From Candidatus Hydrogenedentota bacterium (GTDB taxonomy: Bacteria; Hydrogenedentota; Hydrogenedentia; Hydrogenedentales; SLHB01): a stretch of 64,000 nucleotides of DNA. Location of the stretch: assembly GCA_045863335.1 (NCBI GenBank), contig BTVY01000016.1, positions 66,024-130,023 on the forward strand. Reading direction: 5' to 3'. This document shows, in pieces, positions 1-10,313 of the stretch. Position 1 is the stretch's first letter, and each line of letters starts with the position of its first letter. The notes under the pieces were generated by a model that was given only the letters and a program-made list of their open reading frames with translations, was not told the origin of the DNA and did not search any database. The translations under genes were made by a program, and so were the position numbers.

Positions 1-423
1 ACCGGCAGCGCCATAGCCAACTACGGGTTGCAGATTATCGACGAGATCATGCCGTCCGAAGCCGGGATCTGGATCAACCCGGCCATTACAAAGAAACCGG
101 CGAAGTACGACCTGGCCCGCATGTTCGTGCTGAACCTGTATGGGTCCATCTTCGCGGAGAACAAGGTGCTGCTCGTGTTCAACGGCCGGAAGAATGACGT
201 GCCCAAGCTCATGGATTATCTGCGCGACAACCGCTTGTTCGGGGACGAGCCGACCATCAAGGAAGGCACAAACTTCACCGAATTCACCATCAAACTCGAT
301 ACGATGAACAAGACCTTGCCGCTGGCCAAGGCGCGCTACGATCTCGCCGCCCTCGGCGCCACGCATATCGAAACCATCCCCCTGGATTCGTCGATCCCGG
401 GATTGGACGTGCTCGACTTTTAG
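1..423 (+). CDS. hisG: ATP phosphoribosyltransferase, long form (C-terminal part, truncated by window edge)
   Basis: Frame 1 is open from base 1. TGSAIANYGLQIIDEIMPSEA resembles the HisG TGxTLxxNGLxxxxxIxxS motif, and it is followed by a HisG C-terminal regulatory-domain-like region (VLLVFN..EPTI..LAALGATHIETIPL). Confidence 0.75.
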   Translation, partial: TGSAIANYGLQIIDEIMPSEAGIWINPAITKKPAKYDLARMFVLNLYGSIFAENKVLLVFNGRKNDVPKLMDYLRDNRLFGDEPTIKEGTNFTEFTIKLDTMNKTLPLAKARYDLAALGATHIETIPLDSSIPGLDVLDF

Positions 424-424
424 C

Positions 425-1153
425 CTACTTGATGATCATGCAGCCCGCGATGATGTCGTGCAACGCTTGCTTGCGTTGGGTGAAGAACGGGAAGAGATAG
501 CCGATCCCGCAAATTGCCGCTGAGATGATCTTGGAAAAATGCCGGGCGGTCGCGCGCCAGAAGGTGATCCCGTCGCCATTGAGATCCGTTACGGCGATCC
601 CTAACGCGCGCTTTCCGAAGGTAGCGCCATGGCCGCCGCTCTCCTGCAAGGCATAGTAGAGCCAGACTACAATTACGACGCCGACTTGAATGACAAGCTG
701 GAACTGCAGGAGCCCTTCCTCGGTTTGCGGCACTCCGCCCATCATTGCTCCCATGATGCCGCCCAGGATGGCTCCGATTATGGCCTGAATGGGAATGAGA
801 ATGATGGCGTCAATAATGAACGCCGCGGCGCGCGCGAAGAACCCGCCATTCTCAAACGAATCGTCCACCGCGACTCGCCCCGTCGCGACCGGTTGCGCCA
901 TGGGCAGCGGATCCACCGGACTCGCGTAGCGCGACGGAGCGGCAGATGGAGGTGGAGGAGGTGGTGGCGCGTTCATGAATTCGTCTTTGACCAGCCCGGC
1001 TTTCTGCCAGTTCTGCATGTGAGGCGCCCAGACGAGGTCGCTGTCTTGGAGTTCTCCCTGTGCGTACATCTGAGCCAGGACTTGGGCGGTAACGGGCCCG
1101 AACCGTTGACGAGACTGCGCGTAGTACCACTGCTTGTCGGAGCTTGGCGACAC
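425..1153 (-). CDS. RDD-family membrane protein with N-terminal GYF_2 (DUF4339) domain and Pro-rich linker
   Basis: WYY..QRFGPV..LVWAPHMQNWQKA (GYF_2); GGFFARAAAFIID, GATFGKRALGI, KQALHDIIAG (RDD). Start moved to GTG at 1153, which has GGAGG upstream. Confidence 0.85.
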   Translation of the reverse strand: MSPSSDKQWYYAQSRQRFGPVTAQVLAQMYAQGELQDSDLVWAPHMQNWQKAGLVKDEFMNAPPPPPPPSAAPSRYASPVDPLPMAQPVATGRVAVDDSFENGGFFARAAAFIIDAIILIPIQAIIGAILGGIMGAMMGGVPQTEEGLLQFQLVIQVGVVIVVWLYYALQESGGHGATFGKRALGIAVTDLNGDGITFWRATARHFSKIISAAICGIGYLFPFFTQRKQALHDIIAGCMIIK

Positions 1154-1518
1154 GTGTAATCCCTCCGTGCAGGTTTGACATGGCCGGATTTCCGGCGATT
1201 TCCCACGACTACCCCGGAGGCATCTTATACCAGAACTCCCTGAGCCGCAATAGGTAGCGCGAGTCCTGACCGTTCGCCGCGCACCACAATCGACGCAAGT
1301 GCTTTGCATTTCGGGCGAATCATTTGCTATGCTCTTTCGGTTTGGGTTAGGCAGCCTCGTTATTTCCGCCGCGCCGCAACACGTTTCCGACCACTTCTCC
1401 GGTCCCGCGCCGAATGTGGGAATCGCGCGAAGTGTGCTGTTGGACAGCCATTCGCGCACAGGAGAAGAGCCTGCCCGTCAGTTAGTTACGCGTTTTGACC
1501 GGTAAGAAGGATCGACCC

Positions 1519-1971
1519 GTGGTTGAACGGACCTTTGTGATGATAAAGCCCGACGCGTTCGGGCGGCGCTTGTGCGGCGAGATCATTCGCCGGTACGAAG
1601 CGAAAGGGCTGAAACTGGTCGGCATGAAGTTGCAGATCGTGTCCCGCGCACTCGCGGAGAAGCATTACGCGGAGCACGCGGGCAAAGGGTTTTACGAAAG
1701 CCTGCTTGAATTTATCATGTCCGGCCCGACCGTGCAGATGGTGTGGGAAGGCGAGAACGCGGTGGCCGTGGGGCGCAAGCTGAACGGCGCGACGAACAGC
1801 CAGGAAGCCGACCTGGGCACGATTCGCGGCGACTTCGGAATGACCGTGCAGAACAATCTCGTACATGCGTCCGACTCCGTGGAGACAGCGAAGCGTGAGA
1901 TTGGAATCTACTTCGACGAGAGCGAACTTTGGGACTACTCCATGCCCGATGGGCATTGGTTGGTGAATTGA
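1519..1971 (+). CDS. ndk: Nucleoside diphosphate kinase
   Basis: ERTFVMIKPDA, GTIRGDFG and NLVHASDS (catalytic His). GTG start at 1519 behind AAGGA. Confidence 0.97.
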   Translation: MVERTFVMIKPDAFGRRLCGEIIRRYEAKGLKLVGMKLQIVSRALAEKHYAEHAGKGFYESLLEFIMSGPTVQMVWEGENAVAVGRKLNGATNSQEADLGTIRGDFGMTVQNNLVHASDSVETAKREIGIYFDESELWDYSMPDGHWLVN

Positions 1972-2001
1972 CGAACCGTTAACCAGTAAGGAGGCCGGTG
2001 C

Positions 2002-2091
2002 ATGGCTGGTGGAAGAAAGGTGCGGCGCGCGAAGATCGCGAAGCACAAGCGCAAAAAGAAGCGCCGCGCGAATCGCCACAAGAACAAGTAA
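2002..2091 (+). CDS. Small basic ribosomal protein bS22/mS38-like (AURKAIP1/COX24 domain), 29 aa
   Basis: Translated by hand: MAGGRKVRRAKIAKHKRKKKRRANRHKNK*. Strong AAGGAGG RBS; the HKRKKxxRxNRHK pattern matches bS22-type proteins. Below the ORF-track size cutoff. Confidence 0.85.
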   Translation: MAGGRKVRRAKIAKHKRKKKRRANRHKNK

Positions 2092-2165
2092 CGCGATCCG
2101 TTTCCGGAATAGCGGAAACTGGATAGAGCTACCGTGGCCGCAACAGTTCGATATCTGCAACGCGC

Positions 2166-2212
2166 CCCGGGTTCGGGCAGCATTCCGGACCCGGGAGCCG
2201 CTTTCTATTTTT
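2166..2212 (+). terminator. Probable intrinsic terminator after ndk-bS22
   Basis: CCCGGGTTCGG...CCGGACCCGGG hairpin followed by a T-rich run (TTTCTATTTTT). Confidence 0.5.
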
Positions 2213-2261
2213 GGCGGCGTTGCGCGGCCAAATCGCGGCTGCGGTATAGGAGATCGTGACG

Positions 2262-2702
2262 ATGGCAGACGAACAGCCCAGGATCATCATTGACGAAGAC
2301 TGGAAGGCCCAGGTTCAGCGTGAGAAGGAACAGGCCCAGGTCAAGCAACCCGAAGAGCCTACTGAAGCCGCCGAGGATTCCGAAGCGGCGGACGACGAGG
2401 CGCCGTCCACCTTCGGTGCGCTGATCCAGAGCCTCGCCGCACAATGCGCCTTTGCCCTCGGGTTGATCGCGCCGCCCGACACGAAGCAGGTCATGGTTAA
2501 CCTGGAAGAAGCGCGGTATTGCGTCGACACCCTCATCATGCTTCGGGAGAAGACCAAGGGCAACCTCACGCCGCAAGAGCAGGGCATCCTGACGCAGACG
2601 CTCGCGGAGCTGCAGCAAGTCTACGCCGTGCGCGCGCAGCAGATTCAAGAGGCCCAGTTGCGCCAGGCCGGGATCGATCTGAAGAATCCGCCCAAGGCGT
2701 GA
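2262..2702 (+). CDS. DUF1844-family protein
   Basis: IIIDEDWKAQVQREK N-terminus; ALGLI..VNLEEARYCVDTLIMLREKTKGNLTPQE is the characteristic DUF1844 core. Confidence 0.85.
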   Translation: MADEQPRIIIDEDWKAQVQREKEQAQVKQPEEPTEAAEDSEAADDEAPSTFGALIQSLAAQCAFALGLIAPPDTKQVMVNLEEARYCVDTLIMLREKTKGNLTPQEQGILTQTLAELQQVYAVRAQQIQEAQLRQAGIDLKNPPKA

Positions 2703-2711
2703 GACAGAAGT

Positions 2712-2790
2712 ATGAATGATGAGTGATGAATGATGAGTGATGGACTGCGAACAGTTGATCTCTAATCCGAAATCTGAAATCTGAAATCCT
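2712..2790. repeat. Two short heptamer tandem-repeat tracts
   Basis: (ATGARTG)x4 at 2712-2739, and AATCYGA x3 plus a partial unit at 2764-2790. Confidence 0.8.
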
Positions 2791-2901
2791 TATTTCGGGG
2801 CTGGGGGCACATTCGACTGTGCATAGAAGTGAGTATGGCGTGGGGTTGACGGCTTTGGCGGCCAACAGACAGTCCCATTGGTGCCGCGTTGGGGAGAGTA
2901 A

Positions 2902-4194
<1,293 letters not shown>

Positions 4195-4460
4195 CCGAGC
4201 ACTGGATTTGTGAAACCATCCACGCCCGATTGCTGTCCAATATGTTGAGGTGAAGTGTGAGTTGAGGCCTGCCCTTTGTGGGGGTGTCCCTCTACTTTCG
4301 TCTGTTGAATCGATACAGGCGTTGACGTACACTTGCCTTGAATTGGCGGGAACGGGATGGAGTAGGGTGCAGGAAATCCATACCCGAAAACACCTTACAT
4401 GCGAGTTCTCCGCCTTGCGCTGACCGGAAGACCCTTGATACTACTTGTTGGGAGGAGACT

Positions 4461-6749
4461 ATGCATCGCTCGCGCCGGATTTGTTGGGCGCTACTCGCTG
4501 TACTCGCCGTGGGCGCGCTTCTGCCCGGTGTCTCAGGAGCCCAGGCGGCCAACCCCATCTCAATCAAGGATTGGAAAGACGAGAATTCATCAAACGGTTC
4601 CGAATCGCCGGAGCCTTCGAATGAAGATCCGGGACTGCCCGCCGAATCGTCCGCCATTCCCGCCGAAGCGCTCATGCCCGCGCTTGAGGAAGGCGATGCC
4701 GTAGAGCCGGTCGTCGAGCAGGTTTCCCTACCCCCCCTCGAAGATTCTTCGGCCGTGTCATCTGGCGGCGTGGGTAGCAAGATCGCGGCGGAGGTCCCGC
4801 AAGATTCATCGACAAGTGGCATGGAAGGGGAAGAAAGGCCGCAAACCGTTCACGCATGGGTGGACGCGCCGGCGGAACGCGAGGCCGCGAGTGTGCCCGA
4901 TGCCGCGCAGAATGGCAACGGCTCGGATCAGGAGATCAAGGCTGGGACCATCCGCACGCGCGGCGGAGTCATCAATCTGCAATCCATTTCACTCGATCGC
5001 CTCCATGAAGAACTCCGGGACCGCCGGGATGGCGAAGAGATGCCCATCACCTTGCAGGATTGCGTGGCGCTGGCGCTGGATGAGAACGAAGACATCAAGG
5101 TGTCGGCCTATGAACCACTAAAGGCCGACGGGGACATCATGGCGGCGCGCGGCGAGTTCGACCCCGTGCTTCGCTCGATCTACTCGCGATCCCATTCTGA
5201 GAATACGGCATCGTCTCAAACCAACGCGTTCACCGGCGGAGCACTCGGCGGGGGCGGCAATAGTCTGCTGGGCGGAGGACTCGGCGGTGGCCTCGGAGGC
5301 GGGGGCAGCCTTTTGGGCTCCCTCGGTGGCTATGGCGGCGGTGGCGGATTGTTCGGAGGGGGCGGCGGCGATGGCGACGGTGGTCCGAACGTCGGAAGAA
5401 TCCTCTTGTCTCTGGCGATAAACCTGGCAAGTTCGGCTCAGGGTCTTTTTCAGCGGTTCCTGCCACAGCAAGAAACGTCGTATGTGATCGAGAGTGACAA
5501 CTGGCGATCGGAAACATCTTTGTCCGGCAAGATTCCCTGGGGCACGCAATACGAACTCAAGATGGAAGTATCGGATGAAGAGTCGACCTTCAACAATTTC
5601 GTTTCCGAGTACAGCGGCGGGTTGACCCTGACCTTGACGCAACCCCTGTTGCGCGGACGCGGTCCTCGCGCCAATCTCGCGCGGATCCGGATTGCGAAAA
5701 ACAACCGGTTGGCGGCCGAAAACCAGTTGATGACCCAGGTGATGAATACCCTTTCAGAGGTTGTGAAATCGTACTGGGATCTTGTCGGCGCCCACCAGCA
5801 GCTGGAGGTGCGGGAGAAATCGCTGGCAAATGCGGAGCGCCTTCTCGAAATCAACGAAAGGCGGCTTGAGATCGGAACCGGCGCCGCCCTTGAGGTGGTC
5901 CAGGCGAAGGCCAGCGTCGCGCAGCGCCAAGGCGACGTGATTTCGGCCCGGTCTCAGGTCCGTGCTGCTGAAGACCGGCTCAAACTGTTGTTGAATATGC
6001 GGGACGAAGAGAACTTCTCGCCGGCCCAATTGGTGCCCACCGACCTTCCGTTCGCCACCGAACTCGACGTCGATGAAACCGAGAGTATCAATCGCGCGCT
6101 TGAACACCGTCCGGAAATGGACTCGGCTGAACTGGAGATCGACAGCGCGGAAATCGAGCGTTTGCGCGCGGCCAACGAGATGCTCCCGCAGTTGGATGTG
6201 TCGGGCAGCGTCTTCCAAGGAGCGCGCGGCGGAAAGTCCAGCGACGTCTTCGAAGGCGTTACGGAGCGAGACGACAATTCCTGGTCGCTTTCCCTGAACG
6301 GCTCCGTCCCAATCCCGAATCGTGCGGGCCGTGGCACCTATTCCAAGGCCCATCTTTCTCAGCGGCAGGCCGAGGAGCGTCTGCGCAAGACGATTTCCGA
6401 CCTGACGCTCAACGTTCGCACGGCCATCCGCAGCGTGGGCACGTCCCGCATCCTGGTGGAGAGCAGCAAACAGGCGCGAGCCCTGCAGGAAACCAACGTA
6501 GCCGCCGAAGAGAAACGGTTGAAACTGGGTGTGACGACCAGTTTCGAAGTACTCCGCATCCAAGAGGACCTGGCCAATGCGGAGGCGCAGGAGGTCCAGT
6601 CGCTCATCGACTTTGAGAAAGCGAAAGTGGACCTTGAACTCGCGGAAGGGGTTCTGTTGGAAAGTCTTGGCGTGGAGTACGAAGTTCCGGAGCCCGAGAA
6701 GACTGTCGGGTTCTGGAGAAGCGTCGTGCCCCCGGCGCCCGCATATTGA
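4461..6749 (+). CDS. TolC-family outer-membrane efflux protein with acidic N-terminal extension and Gly-rich insertion
   Basis: ATG at 4461 behind GGAGGAG, then a signal peptide. OEP repeats: ITLQDCVALALDEN, LTLTQPLLRG, ALEHRPE, LKLGVTTSFEVL. Confidence 0.88.
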   Translation: MHRSRRICWALLAVLAVGALLPGVSGAQAANPISIKDWKDENSSNGSESPEPSNEDPGLPAESSAIPAEALMPALEEGDAVEPVVEQVSLPPLEDSSAVSSGGVGSKIAAEVPQDSSTSGMEGEERPQTVHAWVDAPAEREAASVPDAAQNGNGSDQEIKAGTIRTRGGVINLQSISLDRLHEELRDRRDGEEMPITLQDCVALALDENEDIKVSAYEPLKADGDIMAARGEFDPVLRSIYSRSHSENTASSQTNAFTGGALGGGGNSLLGGGLGGGLGGGGSLLGSLGGYGGGGGLFGGGGGDGDGGPNVGRILLSLAINLASSAQGLFQRFLPQQETSYVIESDNWRSETSLSGKIPWGTQYELKMEVSDEESTFNNFVSEYSGGLTLTLTQPLLRGRGPRANLARIRIAKNNRLAAENQLMTQVMNTLSEVVKSYWDLVGAHQQLEVREKSLANAERLLEINERRLEIGTGAALEVVQAKASVAQRQGDVISARSQVRAAEDRLKLLLNMRDEENFSPAQLVPTDLPFATELDVDETESINRALEHRPEMDSAELEIDSAEIERLRAANEMLPQLDVSGSVFQGARGGKSSDVFEGVTERDDNSWSLSLNGSVPIPNRAGRGTYSKAHLSQRQAEERLRKTISDLTLNVRTAIRSVGTSRILVESSKQARALQETNVAAEEKRLKLGVTTSFEVLRIQEDLANAEAQEVQSLIDFEKAKVDLELAEGVLLESLGVEYEVPEPEKTVGFWRSVVPPAPAY

Positions 6750-7045
6750 TTGACCGCGGAGCGTAGGCGCGATTCGAGCCCCGGTGTTCGGGGCATCAAG
6801 CCCCGCAAAACCGGTTCGAGCAGGCGTGAGTCTAAGTTTAGAGGCGCGCTTGATGGATTTCGGTCCGGGCACTCCTCGATTCCGGATACCCTTGTTTGTA
6901 AGGTGTTGTAGCGTTAGGAGCTTGTGATGCAGTCCCGCCATTCGGTGGTCGCCATCGGGCGCCGAATCGACCGATTCCTCCGCCGTCTGGCTGCCGTGAC
7001 GCCGGCCCGGCATTTACCGGTGTAAATGTGCTAGAATCCCCGCCT

Positions 7046-7783
7046 ATGCCTGCCGAGACGAAAACCAAAGATATTATCGTTGTAGAAGACTTGACGAAGC
7101 ACTACGTGATGGGCGAAACCGTCGTACAAGCCCTTCGTGGCGTCTCATTTACAATTCTTCGCGGTTCCTTTGTGGCCATTATGGGGCCTTCGGGATCGGG
7201 CAAGACCACGCTGATGGACATCTTGGGCTGCCTGTCCCGGCCTACCTCAGGGGTGTACAAACTGGACGGGACCTCCGTGGCCGAATTAACGGAGTCTCGG
7301 CTGGCCCAATTGCGGAACCACGAGATTGGATTCGTATTTCAGAATTTCAATCTCCTCTCCAGGACAACCGCCTTGGCGAACGTGGAACTCCCCCTGCTCT
7401 ACGACGGCATCCCGAAGAAGGATCGCACGCGGCGCGCGCGGGAGACGCTTGAATCCGTGGAGTTGGGCGACCGAGTCCATCACAAGCCAAACGAGTTGTC
7501 GGGCGGTCAACGGCAACGCGTCGCCATTGCGCGGGCGCTGGTGAACAAACCGTCGATTCTGTTTGCCGACGAGCCGACCGGCAACCTGGATTCGAAGAGC
7601 GGCGAGAGCATTCTGGCCTTGTTTGCGGACCTCCACGCGCAAGGCAATACGATAGTGATGGTGACGCACGAGCGTGAAGTCGCCGAACATGCGGAACGGA
7701 TCATGAGTTTCCGCGATGGAAAGTTGGTGAAGGACGAATGGCGAGACAACGACGTTTGGGACCTCAGATACTCGGCTGGTTGA
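7046..7783 (+). CDS. ABC transporter ATP-binding protein (MacB/LolD family)
   Basis: Walker A GPSGSGKTT, LSGGQRQRVAIARAL, DEPTGNLD, VTH. Confidence 0.95.
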   Translation: MPAETKTKDIIVVEDLTKHYVMGETVVQALRGVSFTILRGSFVAIMGPSGSGKTTLMDILGCLSRPTSGVYKLDGTSVAELTESRLAQLRNHEIGFVFQNFNLLSRTTALANVELPLLYDGIPKKDRTRRARETLESVELGDRVHHKPNELSGGQRQRVAIARALVNKPSILFADEPTGNLDSKSGESILALFADLHAQGNTIVMVTHEREVAEHAERIMSFRDGKLVKDEWRDNDVWDLRYSAG

Positions 7784-8979
7784 TCTTCCTGGCGATTCTG
7801 GCGGCGCCTGTCGCTTATATGCTGGCCAAGGAAGACACTGTCGACGTAACGGCAACGATTGTGGAGCGCGGCCGCGTCGAAGAGACGGTCACGGCCATCG
7901 CTTCGGGTACCGTCAAACCGTCACTGGACTCCATGGTAGCTACCGGGTCGCTGGGCACCGTTGTGCAGGTTCACTACGAGGAAGGCGACCATGTGAACGA
8001 AGGCGACGTCATTGTCGAACTCGATCACGACGAACTGGACGCGCAGGTGCGTTTGGCCGAAGCGAACCTGAAAGTTGGTCAGTCCCGCCTGGAGCAGGCC
8101 AAGATGGGCGCGAGTATCGGGTCTGAGGTTGCGGCGACTCGCGTGGCGCAGACGCAGGCCCAGTTCGAACAGGCGAAAAAAGACTTCGAAAGCATGAAGC
8201 CTCTCGCCGGAAAGGCCATTCGCCAAAACGATTTCGAGAAGGCGGCACTGGCGCTGAAGGTTGCCGAAGAGAGCCTCGCCGCGGCCAAAGCCGGCCAGCG
8301 GGAAAACCAGGTTCGCGAAGAAGAAATCCGTATGGCCGAAGCCAACATTGAACAACTGGAGGCGGCGGTTGCCGTAGCCACAGCTGCGCGGGGCAATGCC
8401 TCCGTGAAGGCGCCTTTCGGTGGCGTCATCGCGAAGATATTCAGCGATGAAGGCGAAGCGGTCTCCATGGGAATGCCGCTGATGCAATTGGTCGATCCCT
8501 CGAAATGCTACGTGGAAGCGCCATTCGACGAAGCCAACGCCGCAGAGATCCGGCTGGGGCAGAAGGCGCGCATCAATCTCGACGCCTACCGGGGCGAGGA
8601 TTTTACCGGCGTTGTGGAGTTCATTTCGCCCGTGGTGTCCATCAATCCCGACCTGAGCCGTACGCTGAATGTACGGATTCGCGTTGAAGAGGGAGCCGAC
8701 AAGTTCCTGGCGGGCATGTCCGCGGACGTGATCCTGCTGGTGGAAGAGAAAGACGATGTCGTCTTCGCGCCGACCGAAGCATTGATCCGCGAAGAGTACG
8801 CGTACGTAATCGAAAACGGTCGCGCGGTTCGACGGGACGTGACACTCGGCATCGGGAACTGGGATACGACGGAGATCGTCAGCGGCCTTGAACAAGGCGA
8901 CCAAATCATCACGTCGATTTCTTTGACTGCCCTTGAAGAAGGCGTCCCTGTAAACGTGGTGGAGAGCCTGGAGGAGTAA
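7738..8979 (+). CDS. Periplasmic adaptor / membrane fusion protein (MacA/HlyD family)
   Basis: N-terminal TM segment, lipoyl halves (EGDHVNEGD; VKAPFGGV), long coiled coil. Lies between the ABC ATPase and permease. Confidence 0.92.
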   Translation: MARQRRLGPQILGWLIFLAILAAPVAYMLAKEDTVDVTATIVERGRVEETVTAIASGTVKPSLDSMVATGSLGTVVQVHYEEGDHVNEGDVIVELDHDELDAQVRLAEANLKVGQSRLEQAKMGASIGSEVAATRVAQTQAQFEQAKKDFESMKPLAGKAIRQNDFEKAALALKVAEESLAAAKAGQRENQVREEEIRMAEANIEQLEAAVAVATAARGNASVKAPFGGVIAKIFSDEGEAVSMGMPLMQLVDPSKCYVEAPFDEANAAEIRLGQKARINLDAYRGEDFTGVVEFISPVVSINPDLSRTLNVRIRVEEGADKFLAGMSADVILLVEEKDDVVFAPTEALIREEYAYVIENGRAVRRDVTLGIGNWDTTEIVSGLEQGDQIITSISLTALEEGVPVNVVESLEE

Positions 8980-10190
8980 TGGGCCCCCTCGAATACCTGC
9001 GGATAGCGCTGGATTCGCTGGCCCAGAGCAAGGTGCGCTCGCTGCTCACCATGCTCGGGGTGATCATCGGGGTCATGTCCGTCATCCTTCTGATCTCGCT
9101 GGGGGAAGGCGCTCAGGCGTTCGTGGCGAAAGAGTTCGCCGGCATGGGCAGCAACATCCTCATCATTACGCCCGGCAAACAGGAAACGTCGGGAATGATG
9201 CCTCTCGTCGCCGGCAGCTTCCGGAACCTCACCTACAAAGACGCGAAAGAAATCGACCGGAAAGCCCGGGGCGTCAAAGCCGTCTCGCCGGTGGTCTTGG
9301 GTGCGGGCGCGGTGAAATATGGCGAGCGGCGCCGGAACACCATGGTCTTGTCCGTCACACCCGCCTTTGAGACTGTGCGGAACCTGCATGCGGAGATCGG
9401 ACGGTTCATCACTGAGCAGGACATCGAGAAAAACACGAAGGTCTGCGTCATCGGAACACAGGTGAAGGATGAGTTGTTCGGCACCGAGAACCCGCTGGAC
9501 CAGAGCGTTTCCATCAACCGGACCAAGCACACCGTGGTGGGTATCCTGGAGCACAAAGGGGTCACCCTCGGCATCAACGTGGATGATCTCGTGGTTGTGC
9601 CGCTACCGAGCGGCCAGCAGATGTTCTACGGCGGTGAGGATAAGTTATTCCAGATCGTCGTTCGCGCCAATAGTCCGGAGGACGTGGGCCTTGCGGCGGA
9701 TTCTATCCGGGAGATCCTGAAGGCCGCCCACGACTACACGGAAGACTTCACGATTACTGACCAAACTTCGATCCTTTCCACACTGGACAATATCTTCACC
9801 GCCATGAAGGTCATGCTGGCAGGCATCGCGGGGATATCTCTTCTGGTCGGCGGAATCGGGATCATGAACATCATGCTTGTGACCGTGCGCGAACGCACGC
9901 GCGAGGTGGGAATCCGGAAAGCGGTGGGCGCCACCCGGCATGATATCGGCATGCAGTTTGCCATCGAATCCGTCACGCTCAGCAGCATCGGGGGCAGCAT
10001 CGGCATCGCGCTGGGTTACCTCGGCACCTTCACGATTCGCCAGATCTATCCGCCCCTCCCCGTCTTTACATCCGGCTGGGCCATCATTCTGGCATTCTTT
10101 TTCAGCATGGCGGTCGGGGTGTTTTTCGGGGCCTATCCCGCGATTAAAGCGTCCAGCGTCGACCCCGTCGAGGCCCTGCGCTACGAGTAA
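8979..10190 (+). CDS. ABC transporter permease (MacB/FtsX-like)
   Basis: RSLLTMLGVIIGV, GGIGIMNIMLVTVRERTREVGIRKAVGA, DPVEALRYE. Confidence 0.95.
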   Translation: MGPLEYLRIALDSLAQSKVRSLLTMLGVIIGVMSVILLISLGEGAQAFVAKEFAGMGSNILIITPGKQETSGMMPLVAGSFRNLTYKDAKEIDRKARGVKAVSPVVLGAGAVKYGERRRNTMVLSVTPAFETVRNLHAEIGRFITEQDIEKNTKVCVIGTQVKDELFGTENPLDQSVSINRTKHTVVGILEHKGVTLGINVDDLVVVPLPSGQQMFYGGEDKLFQIVVRANSPEDVGLAADSIREILKAAHDYTEDFTITDQTSILSTLDNIFTAMKVMLAGIAGISLLVGGIGIMNIMLVTVRERTREVGIRKAVGATRHDIGMQFAIESVTLSSIGGSIGIALGYLGTFTIRQIYPPLPVFTSGWAIILAFFFSMAVGVFFGAYPAIKASSVDPVEALRYE

Positions 10191-10313
10191 CCGGAGGCCC
10201 TTCACGCCTCCAGTTGACAATACCCGCCCGTCCAGGTATCCATGGTATGCTATCTGGCGGAGCACCTGGGCTCATCTTAGCTGCAACACTAGTCGAAGAG
10301 GGAGTGCTGTTCC

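Noticed and set aside
2712-2790. CRISPR-like array
   Set aside because: Units are 7 nt with no spacers; no repeat-spacer pattern or cas gene anywhere in the window.
4338-4460. Extended N-termini given by the ORF track (e.g. 4338, 1459, 17058, 27774, 29828, 48754, 63654)
   Set aside because: Downstream starts with RBS, signal peptides or stop/start overlaps fit better; coordinates were trimmed accordingly.
10214-10251. TTGACA promoter upstream of the acyl-CoA ligases
   Set aside because: The best -10 (TATGCT) is 26 nt from TTGACA, so the spacing is incompatible; not called.
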